A stretch of 64,000 nt of DNA, from NCBI GenBank assembly GCA_053919585.1, contig CM132787.1; one strand, 5' to 3'. The notes beneath the pieces were generated by a model. It was given only the letters and a program-made list of their open reading frames with translations, did not search any database and had not been told where the DNA came from. This DNA is from Euprymna scolopes. Lineage: Eukaryota. The stretch's first letter is position 1. Each line of letters opens with the position of its first letter. Of the stretch, positions 14,566 through 28,681 are shown piece after piece. The position numbers and the translations under genes were made by a program.

Positions 14566-17510
14566 ATCATCATCATCATCATCAATATCATCATCATCAT
14601 CATCATCATCATCATGGCGGGTTCATTCCTCACCAGAGTTTCTTGTCTTCCATCATTGCCTCAGATCTTCAGGTTCACGGTTGGCGTCGTGTGGTGTTTG
14701 TTGGATGTACGTGGACATAGGTCGTCCTCTGCTTGCGCACCACTCACCAATTCATGCTTGCTCCTCAGACCATGATCGGCACATCGTAGATGGTATTAGA
14801 TATGACAGGTTGGTTGCCATGAAGTTGCTATTTCGTGGGATGATTTTGCCCAGATATATTTAATATTGTTTTTAGCATACGGGTATATATTCCGTCTAGA
14901 TTTCTTTCCAATCTTTTGTTGAGTGTCCAGGTTGTAGCACCGTAAACAAGGGAAGACTCTACCACTGCCTTGAAGAACTGCCTTTTCAGTTTGTCAGCCA
15001 GTCCCGGAGTCCAAAGTGAATGTAGCCCATCCAATGCGGTCCATGCTTTTGAGATGCGAATTCCGATATCTCTCTCTGTGGAAACTATGTTGCTGCCCAG
15101 ATACGTAAACTCAGCGACTTCTTTCAGTGTTGATCCATACAAAGCCCTGATCCCCCTTTCACATTGAAAGTCATAAATTTCTCTTATCCGCATTTATGTG
15201 GAGACCAATGCCATTTGCAGACTTTTCTAGCTCACGTAACAGTGTTCGCGAACAAAGAAATATTGTCTGCGTAATCTGCATCAGTTTTGTGTACTGATTG
15301 ATGGCGTGTGTTTGTGGATTCATTCTATCATGTTGTGAATAGCAACAGAGGTGCGAAGTACAAAGTCAAGACCGACAATGAAAAGAAAAGAGGCAAGACT
15401 ATCTCCTTGTAGAACCCCAGTGCGGATGTCGAAAAATTCAGTGTCCCCATCTGGGGACCTGACCATTGCGAGAGTGTGCTCATATAGCATCATGATAACA
15501 TTAATGACTTCATTTGGAATTCCAAATTTTTCCTCTATGTACGGCATCGAATGCTTTGGAGAAATCTGCAATGATCATGACTGCCTCAATGTGTTTTGCT
15601 TTGACTACTTCAATCAGTCTCCTAGCAGTAAGTATTTGACTAGTAGTATCGATTCTTTCTAAATCCATTTTGCTTCTACATGAGCACTTCTTCGATCTTT
15701 GGTTTGATACGCTTGAGAAGAATGGCCTTGTAAATTTTTGCTGCAAATGGAGTGAGCGTTATTCCTCTGTAATTCCTTGGTGTGCTTACCCTTCTTGGGG
15801 AAGGGAAGTATACATCCTTCCATCCATATATTAATAATTTTTTGATTATATACAGAATTGCATGAATTAATAAGTATGTCATTGGAACCACCTGTCTTCC
15901 ATACTTCAGGAGGTATGTTATCTAAGCCTGTAGCTTTACGATGCTTGGTCTTCTTTAGTACATTTAGAAGTACCTCCATTGTAAAATCGCCCTTCTCAAT
16001 ATCTAGTTCCTGTACAACAATCGGCTGAATTGGTTGGTCTGTCACTTTTGGTTTGTTTTCGAGTCGCTTTTCAAAATGTGCTTTCCATTTCGAGCATGCC
16101 TTTCCAGAGTGTTTGCCATTAACTTAGCTTTGACAGGTCGTTTGCGCCCAGATATCTCATTTACTACTTGCCAAGCCAGATAGAATTGGTTGTTATCTGT
16201 CGCATTCTGGATTCGACCTATTTGTTCTTGAACATACTTGTTCTGATAGGTACATCATACTAAGCTCTTGAAGCGCCTGCTTCCTTAATTTTGTATTCTG
16301 TCGAGTGAGGTATTTATGTTGCTTTTTGATTATGTTTTTTTTTTAACTTTTCTCGTTTTAATATTATTTTGTAAGTTTTCATAGGTGGTATTAGCAGTTG
16401 GTTCCTTCCCTTGTGCTTGTAAAGCATCACATCTGTTTCGCAGTTCGAATATGAATCTCTGTTTGATCTGATTGTCCTGTGACAACGTTGACCATTTGTA
16501 TGGCTGTCTAGATGATTTTTTAGTTTTGTTCATTCGTAGGCTTAACTTCAACTTGGAGGTTACAATCCTATGATCAGTAGACACACCATAGAAACTACTA
16601 TAAGCTTCACAGTTATGGCAGCTATTTATCCACTTCTTATTCATAAAAAAGTTAGTACAGTTGTGCCTTGTCTCCATTTGGGGATTGATGGGTCAAGAGC
16701 TTACTGGATCTTTTATGAAAACGGGTATTCATGCATTGTATGTTCTTTTCAAGGAGAAAAGTTAATAGATACTCTCCATTTCGGTTTGTTCCATCATGGA
16801 AAGAGAACTTATGCTTGTTGCCTTCCCGTCCTATATGTGAATTCAGGTCACCCTCGATAACCAATTAATTATGTTTGGGGATTGAGCGCACTATTGTTGA
16901 GAGTTTATCGTAGAAATTCAGGATCTCTTGCTTGTCACTGACGTTGGTAGGGCTGTATCAACAAATAACAGTAGTAGTAGGATTAACACTGAATATAGCA
17001 AAAATTATCCTTTGTGTTATCTTATCAGCACTGTTCAATGATTTCAATGCTCGAGGACTAAGCAGAAGTCCTACTCGCCCAATGGTACGATTTATCGAAT
17101 TTTTCCATGCTGACGTAGATACTAGTGTCCAGCTGTTACCAATTTCATGGTACTTTATGTCCATGTCGTTGTGGATAAGACGGTGCTCTTGCATACACAC
17201 AATATCGATATCGTGTTCTTTGGATGAAGGAACAAGTTCTGATACTTGAGATGTGCGTTGAAGTATCCGGACATTAAATGTGAATATTTTTATGGTATGT
17301 CTACATTCTGCTAGCCTAGGTTTTGGTACTGTAGTACACTTGTCGATAGCTGTGGTCAGTGCCGGCACACCAAGTAGTGAACCTTGGTTACCCATGTGGC
17401 GGTCGATGCGGTATAGATTTCCGGTTTGATTTAGAGTTATATTGAATCCCTCGATAACTCGGATAATGTCACCATGGTGAGCTACGTCCACGGAGGCGAC
17501 CTGTATAATT
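14566..17510 (-). mobile_element. near full-length RTE-clade LINE (APE + RT), frameshifted
   Basis: APE motifs TFNVR, CMQEHR, GDLNSH and STDHRIV. RT motifs GLDNIPPEVWK, NYRGITL, ADFSKAFD, GVLQGDSLA and ADYAD. C-terminal LDGIYTRMLKTILN. 3' (GAT)n tail at 14566-14613. Confidence 0.92.
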
Positions 17511-17820
17511 ATCTTTAAAAATATCGATTCGCTAGGTCCAAAGGATTCCAGCTGTCTTCGTTACTGTACTACATTCACAACTGCAAAAGAGAATGTACCA
17601 TATGTATGTATTTTGTTTTTACTTTTATGTTTCTTGATTGTAAAATGCACTCTGTGTTCTAGAAGATGGATTGTACCATTTCAATCTTTTCTTTATTTTG
17701 TGCCAATCCTATCACCAGATGTAATAATACATATTAGTTTAGTGTATGCACATGTCTAATGACCTCACGTTTACATTTGTTATCGCATCAAATACCTATA
17801 TCTCTAATGTTAATATATAC

Positions 17821-17903
<83 letters not shown>

Positions 17904-18006
17904 TTTTTATTTGTTTTTGTTAGCGATACTCTTTGAACGAATTCAATTATTTATACGAAAGTGCATTTTTACCTCAATGCGAGTTAGGAATAATTTTCCC
18001 TTCAGC

Positions 18007-18144
18007 NNNNNNNNNNNNNNNNNNNNNNNNNNNNNNNNNNNNNNNNNNNNNNNNNNNNNNNNNNNNNNNNNNNNNNNNNNNNNNNNNNNNNNNNNNNNNN
18101 NNNNNNNNNNNNNNNNNNNNNNNNNNNNNNNNNNNNNNNNNNNN
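18007..18144. other. assembly gap (N run)
   Basis: Run of N. Confidence 1.
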
Positions 18145-18764
18145 TATCGGTGTATTACTATAAAATCAGCAGATAAATATATATAGTTTGTTTTGTAGAT
18201 TTAATTGATTTCAATAATATGTAATCCCTTTACCTTACACTTACAAAGTTAGTTACGATACTTATATAAAGTAAACCCAATCACTTATTAAGAATATTTT
18301 CAAATCAGAGTATTTTAATTTAAAATAGAATATTTAAGTTAATTTACAATGAAACAGTTTATAAAACTATACACTTTATTTTAACAGTATATTAAAACTT
18401 TTCCTATTTGCTTTTAATTTATTTAAAACCATTTAAAATGAATATTAAAATATAATTTGTGTATAAATAGTTTTAATATAAAAAAAGATTGTTTGAAATA
18501 ATTTTCATAAAACAGGAAAACAGCAATGGCCACCAATGTTTCAAAAAAGTTAAATGAATTCGGTACTCCAAACTTAATAAATTAAATTAAAATGTTAGAC
18601 GGGAAAAAGAATAAATGATATTGAATGTTATTCTTGTTTTGAAAGAAAGCAGTAAAACGTGTGCTCTTCAAGGTACAATTGTTAAAGAAAAGTTGTAACA
18701 TCTTTAAACCCAAGTTATTGTATTTAAATCCTTCTATTACCATCAGCATAATGAAAAACATTCT

Positions 18765-18765
<1 letters not shown>

Positions 18766-18825
<60 letters not shown>

Positions 18826-18860
18826 TAATAATAATAATAACTTTGATAATATTAATATTT
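18766..18860. repeat. (TAA)n microsatellite at the 5' junction of an R4/Dong element
   Basis: Long TAA run immediately upstream of the LINE sequence. Confidence 0.95.
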
Positions 18861-18889
18861 ATTATTAATAATGCTGTTGTTATTGTAAT

Positions 18890-20500
18890 GATAATGACGC
18901 AACTGATCATCTTCCTGAAGATAGATGAGCTGGGGTATAACTTTGGATCTGGTGGCAGACACCTCAAAGATATACTGCTTACGGATACGTTGAATATATT
19001 CGGTAGAAATCAGCAGGACAAAGAGAAAGAGAGACTGGTAGAGTACGTCGAGACATACTCAGAACACATCGGGATGGATGTTACGAATAATAAACGCGCA
19101 ATGCTGATGATCAAAAGGGGAGTAAAGCTTCATTCGAAAGGGAATAGAACTGCCAACTTGAGAAATTATTTAAAAAAAACAGAAGATACAGTGTATAAGT
19201 ATTTGGGAGTGCAGGAGGGTGTAGGCATCATGAATAGAGAGATGAAAGAGAAAGTCAGGAAGGTTTATCTTAAAAGAGTGAAACTAATTGCGAAGTCGAA
19301 ATTGTATGGAGGAAACCTAATGAAACCGGCGAATGCTCGGGCAGTGCTGGAAATTTAGGAATGGTTATATAAGCAGTGTCATGCAATGTATATCAATACA
19401 AGAAAAGTTTTAGCAATGTTTGGTATATTCGACATTAGAAGTAGCATAGCGAGACTGTATCAGAAGAGGAAAGATAGAGGGAAATAATTGTAAAAGACTG
19501 TGTTAGAACTGAGGAGATTTCGTTGAGGAGCATGTGGTTATAAATGAGGAGTCAATGCTCAAGTTTATGGCCAATGAAGTGAAGTATGTGATACCAAGGT
19601 TTAGTACGAGACACCTATTACAGAGAAAAGAAAGAGGAACTGGCCAAGAAGAAAATGCACAGAAAGTCTTTCAAGGATGTAGCAGATGTTGCTGATAAAA
19701 GATCATGGCAATGACTTAGAGCTGGGTGTCTGGCTAAAAGTAATGAAGCTTTTGTTTGTGCAGCAGAAGAGCAGGCATTGGAACACGACTATTTAAAATG
19801 GTTCTAGAAGAGGATGTTGCTTCAGAATTCCGGATTTATGGTAAGGCCTCATACTCAATTGCGCACCTTTAAGCAGGGTGTGGAGGATTGGCCAAGAGAG
19901 TGCCGCAAAAAACATGAGCGACTGGGTTTCCGTATATATTGGGAAGTTTGTAAAACGTTGGGGTGAAGTGTGTTGGAAAGTCGTTTGAGGAGGTGCATGA
20001 TAAGTGATAACAAGTGAGGATGTCAATGTAGAGATATAGTGGGACAACAGCTTCAAAACGACCAAGCAATTGGAACATAATCGTTGGGAGTTAGTCGTCA
20101 TTGACAAAGTCTAAAAAAAACTGGCAATTGTTGACTTCTCAGTACCCTAGGAGAGAATGTGAGAGATAAGAAGAAGAGGAAGTGGGGCAATTATGCCTCA
20201 TTGGACTTGGAGATAAGGCGGATACACAGTGTTAAAAACACAAATTATTCCAGTCCTAGTTGGTACGCTAGGAGTTGTATCAAGTCGTCTCGAAGGACAA
20301 TTGAAAAAATCAAACAAACTACGAATCAGCGATGTTTTAGCGGGGTATCAGACCTCTGCTGTTGTAGGTGTCACCAACATCCTTAGGAAAAGCCTTGATC
20401 ATTGAAGCTCCTGGTTTTGAGCCGGGATTGAAGGAAGTCTACTGGAAATTTATTCCATCTCTTTTTAGAAAGATGCCGATAAACGAAATGAGAATTATTG
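18890..20500 (+). mobile_element. 5'-truncated R4/Dong-clade non-LTR retrotransposon (RT C-terminus + restriction-like endonuclease)
   Basis: YKYLGVQEGVGIMNREMKEKVRKVYLKRVKLIAKSKLYGGNL, KHERLGFRIYWEVC (RHD motif), and HNRWELVVIDK...IVDFSVP (decayed PD-(D/E) RLE motif). Confidence 0.85.
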
Positions 20501-21123
20501 TTATAGTAATTCAAAGACTTACCTTGCATTTTTTTTTTGTTTTTGTTTTAAATGTTCTAAATTTTCAATGGCAGACAAACCTAATTATTTTTACTAGTTT
20601 TTTTCTATTTCTTTTATTTAAATATGTTTATATAAATGTTTATTATACATAAATATTTCCCTGCGAGCTTCTTGTAGGAAAAAATATACGTGATTTAACG
20701 AATTTAAATAAAAAATGAAAAATTAAGTTAGTATTTATTTAATATCACAAATGCTATTTTATTTGACACAAAACTCTACATTTACGTTAATTATATATTA
20801 AATTTTTTACACTGAAAAGAATTCGTAAAGACAAACAAATGCACACGCAACACTCAAACAAATATCAAAGACGATGTTTTTTTCTAGAATGACACAATTA
20901 TTCATTATTAAGTCGTACATATTATGAACTAAGTATATTTTCTAGTGAAGATACTGGTTACAAATACTCTTTTGGGACAAAGGTCTAAAAGTGTTTCTTT
21001 GTTTTAAAAATAACATATTAATAGAAGTAAGATCCATTTTCCAAATTATAATAAATTATCATGCCAAATTATCAAATTGTGCTATATATTAGAAATCCGA
21101 AAATGAATAGAAACTTTTTACAG

Positions 21124-21250
21124 GTACAGATTAAATTCAAATCTATACCATAAGGAACTCAGTAAAAATGCAACCGAGAATTGGAGATTATCGTTCGAAA
21201 CGAATCCAGAAATAAATGCCCATGTCAACGAGATCGCTATGAAGTTTAAC
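21124..21250 (+). CDS. candidate coding exon, phase-compatible with 2417-2533
   Basis: Acceptor aaactttttacag|, open frame YRLNSNLYHKELSKNATENWRLSFETNPEINAHVNEIAMKFN, possible donor AAC|gtgtgt. No recognisable homology. Confidence 0.2.
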
Positions 21251-22337
21251 GTGTGTTTATATGAAAGAACATGTAAATACACAACGTATTTTTTATATAT
21301 AATAGAAATGTTTAAAACACATATGAGGATATACATGTTTTCATTATTATCGTATGATGTGTAATTAAACTTAGAAATAGGGTAGGATGAGACATTTTGC
21401 ATCCATATTTTAAATGCGTTTAAAAAGTTACAATATGAAAGCCATTACCAGCATATAACATCAGAAATAGCACTTTAAAAATCGTGTAATTTTATGTTAG
21501 CATTTGTTTGTTATATGCCTTTGATTAAATACCCGTCTAACACCATTCAGTCTTACTCTAATACTTCTACACAATTTAACACTAATACTTAATACAGGGA
21601 ACTTTTACTACATACGCATTATTTTAATTATTCAAACAACATATCTGGATTTTAACTGATTCGCATAAATTTCCATCGATCAAAACATCAATCTTCTCCA
21701 GGGATGCCTCGTCCTAAAAAATGCGTAATTGTTATGAATTTAAGCAGATAAATACAAGTCTTCACTGTTAAAAGTAAGAGCGGAACAATCAAATTTAGAA
21801 GCAGATGTCAGAGGATTGTTGTTGAATCTCTAAAATTTAATAATCCGACTCATAAAACAAAGTTGAAACTGTCACAGACTTATTCTTATAACGTCATTGT
21901 GATGTGAGCTGAGAGACTACTGACACTTATTTGTGTTAGTATGAGTGATCACAGTAGAATTAATGTCCAGAGATCGATTCAATATTGTCTCCAGAACTGG
22001 CCAACGTGTAAATGTAATAATGCGAAGAAATGGCATTATTATTCACATCACTGCTGCTTAAACGTTGCGGCAATGTGTTGATGACACATCCGTCACATCG
22101 ATGATGTTAGAACTTTACACAAACATGCAGATTCTTATTGTCTAGCTATAACATTTACGATGTATGCCAAACATATTAAGAAATTAGCGTTTCTAGATTT
22201 GATGGTAAATCATACTAACTTTAATGGTCATCTGTATATTAAACACCAATTTTCATTTTAAAATATCTAGACTTGAACACACGCTATCTCTAAAATTAAA
22301 CGAAAAGACTAGTCCATTGCGTACAATAAGGAACAAC

Positions 22338-22465
22338 NNNNNNNNNNNNNNNNNNNNNNNNNNNNNNNNNNNNNNNNNNNNNNNNNNNNNNNNNNNNNNN
22401 NNNNNNNNNNNNNNNNNNNNNNNNNNNNNNNNNNNNNNNNNNNNNNNNNNNNNNNNNNNNNNNNN
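22338..22465. other. assembly gap (N run)
   Basis: Run of N. Confidence 1.
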
Positions 22466-22665
22466 AACGGGGCCAAAGTCTAATTAGGCCTGTTTCTTAG
22501 TGTTTTGTCCGAATGAAATGAAACTTTTGTCATAACTAGAGTATTATATTCAAAACATAACATCAGGACACTAGGGTCGTTGGCCTTTTATCCCCGTTCT
22601 ACAGTATATGTTCTAGATATACTTTTTATGTTTTTTGGGGTTTTTTTTGGGGGGGTCACCGTATA

Positions 22666-22721
<56 letters not shown>

Positions 22722-22746
22722 ATGTGTATTTAGACAGCAAGTTTTC

Positions 22747-23066
22747 ATTCAGACATATTGTTAAATAGCACGGAGTGGTCTTGCTTTCATTGTAGTGTTT
22801 CAATTTTTCTAATTATCTTACTTGTTTCTCAGTTGATTCCGTGTAAAAATGTTGCATAGCCGTTTTGGTACAGTTTTTGTGTTCTGTCTTCTTTGCCAGT
22901 AGTTTTGACTGAGTTTTTCCACAGTTGTCTTCAGGCATTTTTTATTATTGTTTGTTTAAAATCTTGATGCTTTTATATGCTTCAGTTAAAATTATATTTA
23001 AATTTCTTGAACTACAGGCAAAGCTTATAAAGCAGGAACACTCCGTGCTATTTAACAATACATGTC

Positions 23067-23071
<5 letters not shown>
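22747..23071. mobile_element. MITE-like element with ~40-bp terminal inverted repeats
   Basis: Left ATTCAGACATATTGTTAAATAGCACGGAGTG. The right end reverse-complements to ATTCAGACATGTATTGTTAAATAGCACGGAGTG. Confidence 0.7.
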
Positions 23072-23138
<67 letters not shown>

Positions 23139-23152
23139 CATGGGTAGAAGGA

Positions 23153-24018
23153 AACAGTTGTCGCCCAAAATAAAGGAACACTACATTTTTATTTTACAAA
23201 TTTCTTGAAAAGATTGATTTAGGTTGCTTGATTGTGTTATAGAGCTTACATCCATTCAATGTAAACATATTCAGTCTCACTCACCGCCTCAATAAGGATC
23301 CGGAACTAGGCGTATGCTTTTTCCAAACACGCCGGAATAGTGGCAAAAAGGCTGGCTTTGGTTGTGTTAGAGGTCCTGTTTGTGATATTCACGACGTATG
23401 GCCAAACAGAGTAGTCTAGTGGGTTAATTTCGGGTAGAAATAGGCCAATGAAGTAGGGTCCAGAGTCGTATCACTACTTATGAATTAAGCGTTGGTGTCT
23501 TTGGAATTTTAATACGGTGAGGAGTTCTGCTACAGCACCCAGGGTCTCAAAGTGACCACCTTGTTGCAGCAGAGGATTACAACGCTCTTCAGCACATCCC
23601 GGCAAACATTGCTGTTGAATGTCTAGCTTACTTCGAAAATATAATATTTCATGATGTGGCCCCCACTTTTAACAACACAAAAGAACATTAGTGTGGCAGC
23701 AAACTTCGTTGAGATGTGCCCTCCAGCGGTAACCTGTATAGATTTTTATTTTGAGGGCGCTAGCCATTGTCCTGCTGTAATAACTTAGATCGGTAGAGAG
23801 CATGTGTTCTACAGCGGCGCACTTCCGATTTTGCTCAGTAAACATTGCGTAAATAGCAGACATGAGATAATGCTACTATCGCTCTTGGAATTTGTACATA
23901 ACTAGCCAACTAGTAGTGTTTCTGCACCAACAAAAAAAGTAAGAAAAACCGGTTTTCTTCAAACTCAAACGGAAACGTGTATTTTGTAGGCTTGCAATTT
24001 TATTGTTCCACCCTTTAT
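23153..24018 (-). mobile_element. degenerate Tc1/mariner-superfamily transposon
   Basis: Minus strand near 23400-23450 reads ...PEINPLDYSVW (cf. SPDLNPLDYxVW transposase motif). Flanked by TA runs. Ends approximate. Confidence 0.6.
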
Positions 24019-24041
24019 ACACCCCCACACAAACACCCCCC

Positions 24042-24112
<71 letters not shown>

Positions 24113-24409
24113 TAGGGTGTGTATGCACTAGATGAAAGTATTGTGGGAAAATATCGGATAGTATATAATTTTTATGATATCAGGGCATATTTTTAAGCAT
24201 TTCAGTCTCTGCAAGCATGTTTTGGCAAAGAAAGAACTTAACAGGGAATAACATAACTAAGCAATGTGTCCATTAGATTCGATGTGTGTGTGTGTTTGTG
24301 GAAATTTATATAAACATTAGACTGGTATTCATCAGAATGTTACAAGAACATCCTAAACAGTAAAACTTTATAATATTGAACATCTGATATAGTTGACCAC
24401 ATATAGAAA

Positions 24410-24705
24410 TAGAAATGACACATTCTAAATTGATATAACGAAGTAAAATTATAAATCTCGCAAAACTTCGACCTCTCATTGTATAACACTCGCAAAAATT
24501 CGACCTCTCACTGTATAAAACCGCTCAGTTTAAGGTGGGGAAATTAATGTTTTGAGACAATTTTTCGATAATGCTCGTCCGAGATGTCGAGCTCAAAATG
24601 ATACCGATCTCATATAAATCCGTCGCCTCCATCGAAAGCTTTAGTCTGACATATACATACATACATACATACATTTAAATAGAGGTGAGATTTATATTAT
24701 ATAAA
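24410..24705. repeat. short non-autonomous element with an internal ~32-bp duplication and (CATA)n
   Basis: CTCGCAAAA(C/A)TTCGACCTCTCA(T/C)TGTATAA occurs twice, with (ACAT)n near the right end. Layout resembles the Helitron-N copies but the termini are not clean. Confidence 0.4.
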
Positions 24706-25046
24706 ATGAACACACCATGCAGTCATTCAATATATCTCTTATGTAAACGAAATACACTAAATAATCCCTTAAAAATCTAAACACGCGTCTTCCCTTGATG
24801 TTAGTGTGTACTTTTAATGAATAACATGTATCAGTAATTAATTTCATCATTAATACGACAATGAAAATTTATATAACGAAATGTACATTAAAATGTCAGC
24901 GATTGCATTTAAAATAACACATTCTGTTAGGTTTCAGAAATAGCTACATGAGTTAATACTTTAATAAAACAAGTAATATATACAGAATGTGTTATTATAA
25001 ATGCAATCGCTGACATTAAAAAAGAACGCTTGCATATTATATACAT

Positions 25047-25100
<54 letters not shown>

Positions 25101-27729
25101 GCAGACATTTTTTTTATTCATATGGATTTAATATTTTCAAGGCAGCAAATATCCAGAAGCCATAATCATATACTTACAAATATCAATATGTTTGTTTTAC
25201 ATTTCTGAAAATTGTATGTATTCAGAGTGAACTCCCTCAAGAAATTATCAACGCATATGATTTTCATTTGAAGTAGTCCTCGTAATTTTGCAGAGAATCA
25301 TGCAACCAATACTGGCCGACATCATGCCAGGCTGTGTTTTCGAGCATTAGTCTGAAAACACTTAAAACTATCGGCGATCGATAATGCTTTTCGTAAAGTA
25401 TTTCTGTAGGAATCCGGTGTTTTCCATTTTGAATCACACACCCTCCTATCTTCATTGAACAAGGCAGCGAAGCAATCAACTTTTCTAGCTATCGAATATA
25501 ACATAAAACAAGCGTCGCAAGCCATGGCCGAACAGTGAGCTGACACACATTTTTGCCGACCATTTTAGAAAGATTCTGCCATACGAATAAAACATTCCAC
25601 TCCAGCTTTTAATATGGCACAAGGCTTATGTGGACTTAACGGAACAAAATTAAAGTAATATGAAATAAAGTATAGAATCAAGAAAAACTGCTTTATTTAT
25701 ATTACAATGCAATAATGTTTTTTTAGTGTAAAATAATTGAAACGTATCAAATTGTAATGCAGCACTAGTGTTACGTTTCTGAATTTTGTATATAAGGATT
25801 GATTATCACTATTATGGTGACCTTTCAAACTATTGCTTACTTCTCAAGTATTATTTTTATAATATTTCGAGTTCGACCTGTTTCTAATGAACATTGCCGC
25901 TATTACGTGTCTTTCGCTGTAACTCGGGATTTTTTCTGTCGAACTCGGGAACCTAAAAAATGTTTTACAATACTCTCCATTTAATTCACAGAAATAGCAT
26001 TCTCCTGTTGCGTCATTCCTAACTTAAATAGTTGGAAAGTGCATTCTAAGTGACGCTACATTGAGAATTTAAATTTCAACTTTCAGATCGGTTGAGATTT
26101 AAAACTATTTCATTTACAATATTTTATCAACTAAGCCACTTCTCCTCAAGGAAAATTCTTTAATAATTTTAGAAACCGACTTCGATAAGACACTTCTGAA
26201 AGATGTCGAATCAAACAATTAATCAAAATTAGAATTATAGTCCATTAATACGAAACAAAAATGCGGTTGCTACATATTAATGCATAAATAAAATATGTAA
26301 CTAACAATATAATCAATATAAAATTTGGATAAATACGCGACATATTAAGTGCAATTAAGTGAAAGATAAAGTATAGTATAACATGATAAAGGCATAATGT
26401 TTGAAAATTTGGTCGTATTAAAATCATGCCTCTATATATCGTAATTATTTTTACTAATCAACTCAGTGAACAAAACAATACGAAATGTTCCACTAATCTT
26501 TTTGAATAGTCAGTAAATGAATAAGTGCATGTTTTTATGTAACATTCATCCTCTTAATTATTTATATATATATATATATATCTATGGATTTTTACAAAAT
26601 ATTGGCTTCAACGACCTCGTTAATAATAGAATAACCAAGTAGATGTAGACATTTTTTCTTGATTTCAAAACGATAATACGGTTAATAACGTGTTAAACCT
26701 TTACGATTTTTACTTAGCAAATAAATCATATGTTTAAACGTAAATATGTATTTATTTATTATTTTTATTTTTATTACTTTTATTTATTTTTATTATTTTA
26801 TTTAAGTAGATTACCGTGTTACAATTAAAAGAAAATTAATGAACAAAATAAGTGGATAGTATGGATGAAGTGCAGAATTTCTGTGTGGAAATCTACTTTT
26901 ACATGATACGAGCGGACATCATATCACAGTAATTTCTACTTATGACATTTCACTGGTATAAGTCCCTTCCTAATTTACACACCGAATTTAACCAAGTAAT
27001 TGCATTAGAATATGTATTACGAAAGCAGTGAATGTGGCCTCAGGGAAAGCGTATTAAAAATTGGCTAATTCTACTATCTCATCTAAAGAATTCACTATAG
27101 ACACAAACACTAAAAACTAGTCATTATGAACGTTTTTGATAATAGTAGGTGAATACGTGTTCGAGTCATTTGTATTGCCAACGAAAACAAGCAGATAGTA
27201 GGTTTCCTCGATGCATACAATGGAAAAATACATAACATATGGCAATATTAAGTAACACAAATATTTATTAAGAAGAACTGAGCAATCGATGAAAACTCCT
27301 CTTTCAAATAAGGATTCAGCCAGTATGGCATGAGCTAGAGCTATATTGGTAAAACGTTTGGGGCATAACCAGCAATCCCATCACAACATTCTCTACAATA
27401 CGGGAGAAGTGTTTTTTTTTTTTTTAAATAGTAAAAAAAATGTGGATCACGTAATATCAGGACAATTTCCATGAACTATTTAACCTCTTTTAAACATATC
27501 CCCATGTTAAGTATACTATGAATACACGTCCATAAACTGTGTTGGTTCGCTTTAATGTAACTTGTATACCAGATTGTAAGATTTGACTCAGATTAAAAAG
27601 GTTATGATAATTGAGAATAAGAATATTTGCAGAAATTGAGAAATCCTACATTGTTAAACACAGGATAGGAATTGAGGATGTGTTATTAGTATTATTAATA
27701 TTTTTCGGGATACAGTTCATATCTTAATT

Positions 27730-27800
27730 GCCATTTTCACAGCGTTTCGATTAGAATTTACCTTCGACGTTTTTCAGGTGTATCTTGGCGAACGGTGGAA
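27730..27800 (-). mobile_element. Penelope pLTR-like remnant with a decayed hammerhead motif
   Basis: Minus strand CAC-CTGAAAA...GAAACGCT-GTG, similar to the Penelope 3' end at 40306-40344 and to 28900-28956. Confidence 0.5.
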
Positions 27801-28479
27801 TATTTCTTTCGCTATCAGTAACTAGTAAGAATTCTCATAGAAGCAGCATCTATATTGGGCAACAATCAATTACTAAGTATACCTAGTATATAATTTAACA
27901 CAATATGGGAATCGTTTGTTATAAATATTAGACAATATGTACAATAATAAGTAAACAATGGCATAACTAAATCTATATAAAGCTAATTTATTATTCTCAC
28001 CATATCTATCTGATTTTCTGTCTCCATAATTTTAAACGTTATCTCTTGCGAAATAAAAAGCGGTTCGAGGGATCACAAATGACTGGATTTTTATGTGTTT
28101 TTATGAGTCTCTAGCCGGTAAATATAGTTTTAAGAGGTCAAGTAAGTGAACATTTTTTAGAAATGGTTATACATTTTGAATATTAATCTTAATTTATTTT
28201 AATCAGTTTATATGAATGTAACGTTATTACAGTGGTAATGTTACCAATTTCGAATGCTGCAGTTTTGTTCCGATTACGATTCTAGCTGATGGCACTCAAT
28301 ACATTTTTATCTTTGAAAACATTACTCTATAATAATATATACGAAATTCGGGCAAATTAAAATATTATATTTATGCGTATTTTACGACAGGGAAATGTCC
28401 CCCTCCCCAAGATAGTAATAAATTCCAAATCTAGGCAAATGAAAATATATTTTAAGTGTATTGTACGATTGCATGTATA

Positions 28480-28558
28480 CAGCAACAACAACGATATGAA
28501 CAACAAGAAGATCAACATGAAGAAGAAGAACAACAACAATATTAATATTATTATTATT

Positions 28559-28601
<43 letters not shown>

Positions 28602-28625
28602 GATAGATAGATAAATAGATAGATA
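28480..28625. repeat. compound microsatellite (AAC)(AAG)(ATT)(AAT)(AGAT)
   Basis: Direct inspection. Confidence 0.9.
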
Positions 28626-28681
28626 GTGATATTTACAACTGGAAATAAAATAGGTTTATGTTCCTAATATCGGTTCTAAAA

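Noticed and set aside
27300-27560. Additional mariner fragment
   Set aside because: Only a faint HTH-like resemblance, with no diagnostic motif or termini.
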